A DNA stretch of 64,000 nucleotides, taken from the NCBI GenBank assembly GCA_963781585.1, contig CAWAGQ010000002.1, positions 180,241 to 244,240 of the forward strand, in the 5' to 3' direction. The translations under genes were made by a program, and so were the position numbers. Under the pieces are notes generated by a model, which saw only the letters and a list, made by a program, of their open reading frames with translations, made no database searches and was not told where the DNA came from. The stretch comes from an uncultured Gemmatimonadaceae bacterium. Lineage in GTDB: Bacteria; Gemmatimonadota; Gemmatimonadetes; Gemmatimonadales; Gemmatimonadaceae. Shown here piece after piece: positions 63,819 through 64,000 of the stretch. Positions within the stretch are counted from its first letter, which is position 1; each line of letters begins with the position of its first letter.

Positions 63819-64000
63819 GCACGCGAGAGGTTCCGTGGCTGCGAATGATGAGCTGAAACGCATTATTGCAGAGCAACGCGTCTACGGAGCGCGGTGAAAC
63901 CCGTCGAAGTAACGAGCGGGCAGGGCTACTGGACATGACGGTCCCGCCCGGTGTCCTCCTGGGCTACACGAGCGTCGTCAGGTACGTCGGCGCCCGCCGG

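Overview
High-GC bacterial chromosomal window; the gene repertoire looks like Gemmatimonadota (inference from protein styles). Bases 1-35.6 kb are mostly housekeeping and envelope genes: rnz, tRNA-Ala(CGC), tRNA-Gln(CTG), an ECF sigma operon, nfeD/SPFH, a TPP riboswitch ahead of a TonB-dependent receptor, a Ni transporter, and M28 and M1 peptidases. Bases 35.7-52.2 kb hold the most unusual block, an apparently exported protease/signalling island. It encodes two signal-peptide caspase-family (C14) proteases, a TPR-CHAT protease, a convergent TPR protein with only the non-catalytic half of a CHAT domain, a CHASE2 membrane sensor with no output domain, a CsgG-like protein and several secreted proteins. 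Arg-Gly motifs recur at processing-like positions across the block. Bases 59.5-64 kb are an integron with a relic intI oriented toward the array, an attI-like site, a Ymh/TIGR02391 (HEPN-like) cassette, an IS1182 inserted exactly at the GTT crossover of attC1, an amidohydrolase cassette and attC2. About a dozen otherwise intact genes carry single frameshifts, which suggests assembly indel errors, so pseudogene calls are unreliable. All product calls come from motif recognition only; no searches were run.
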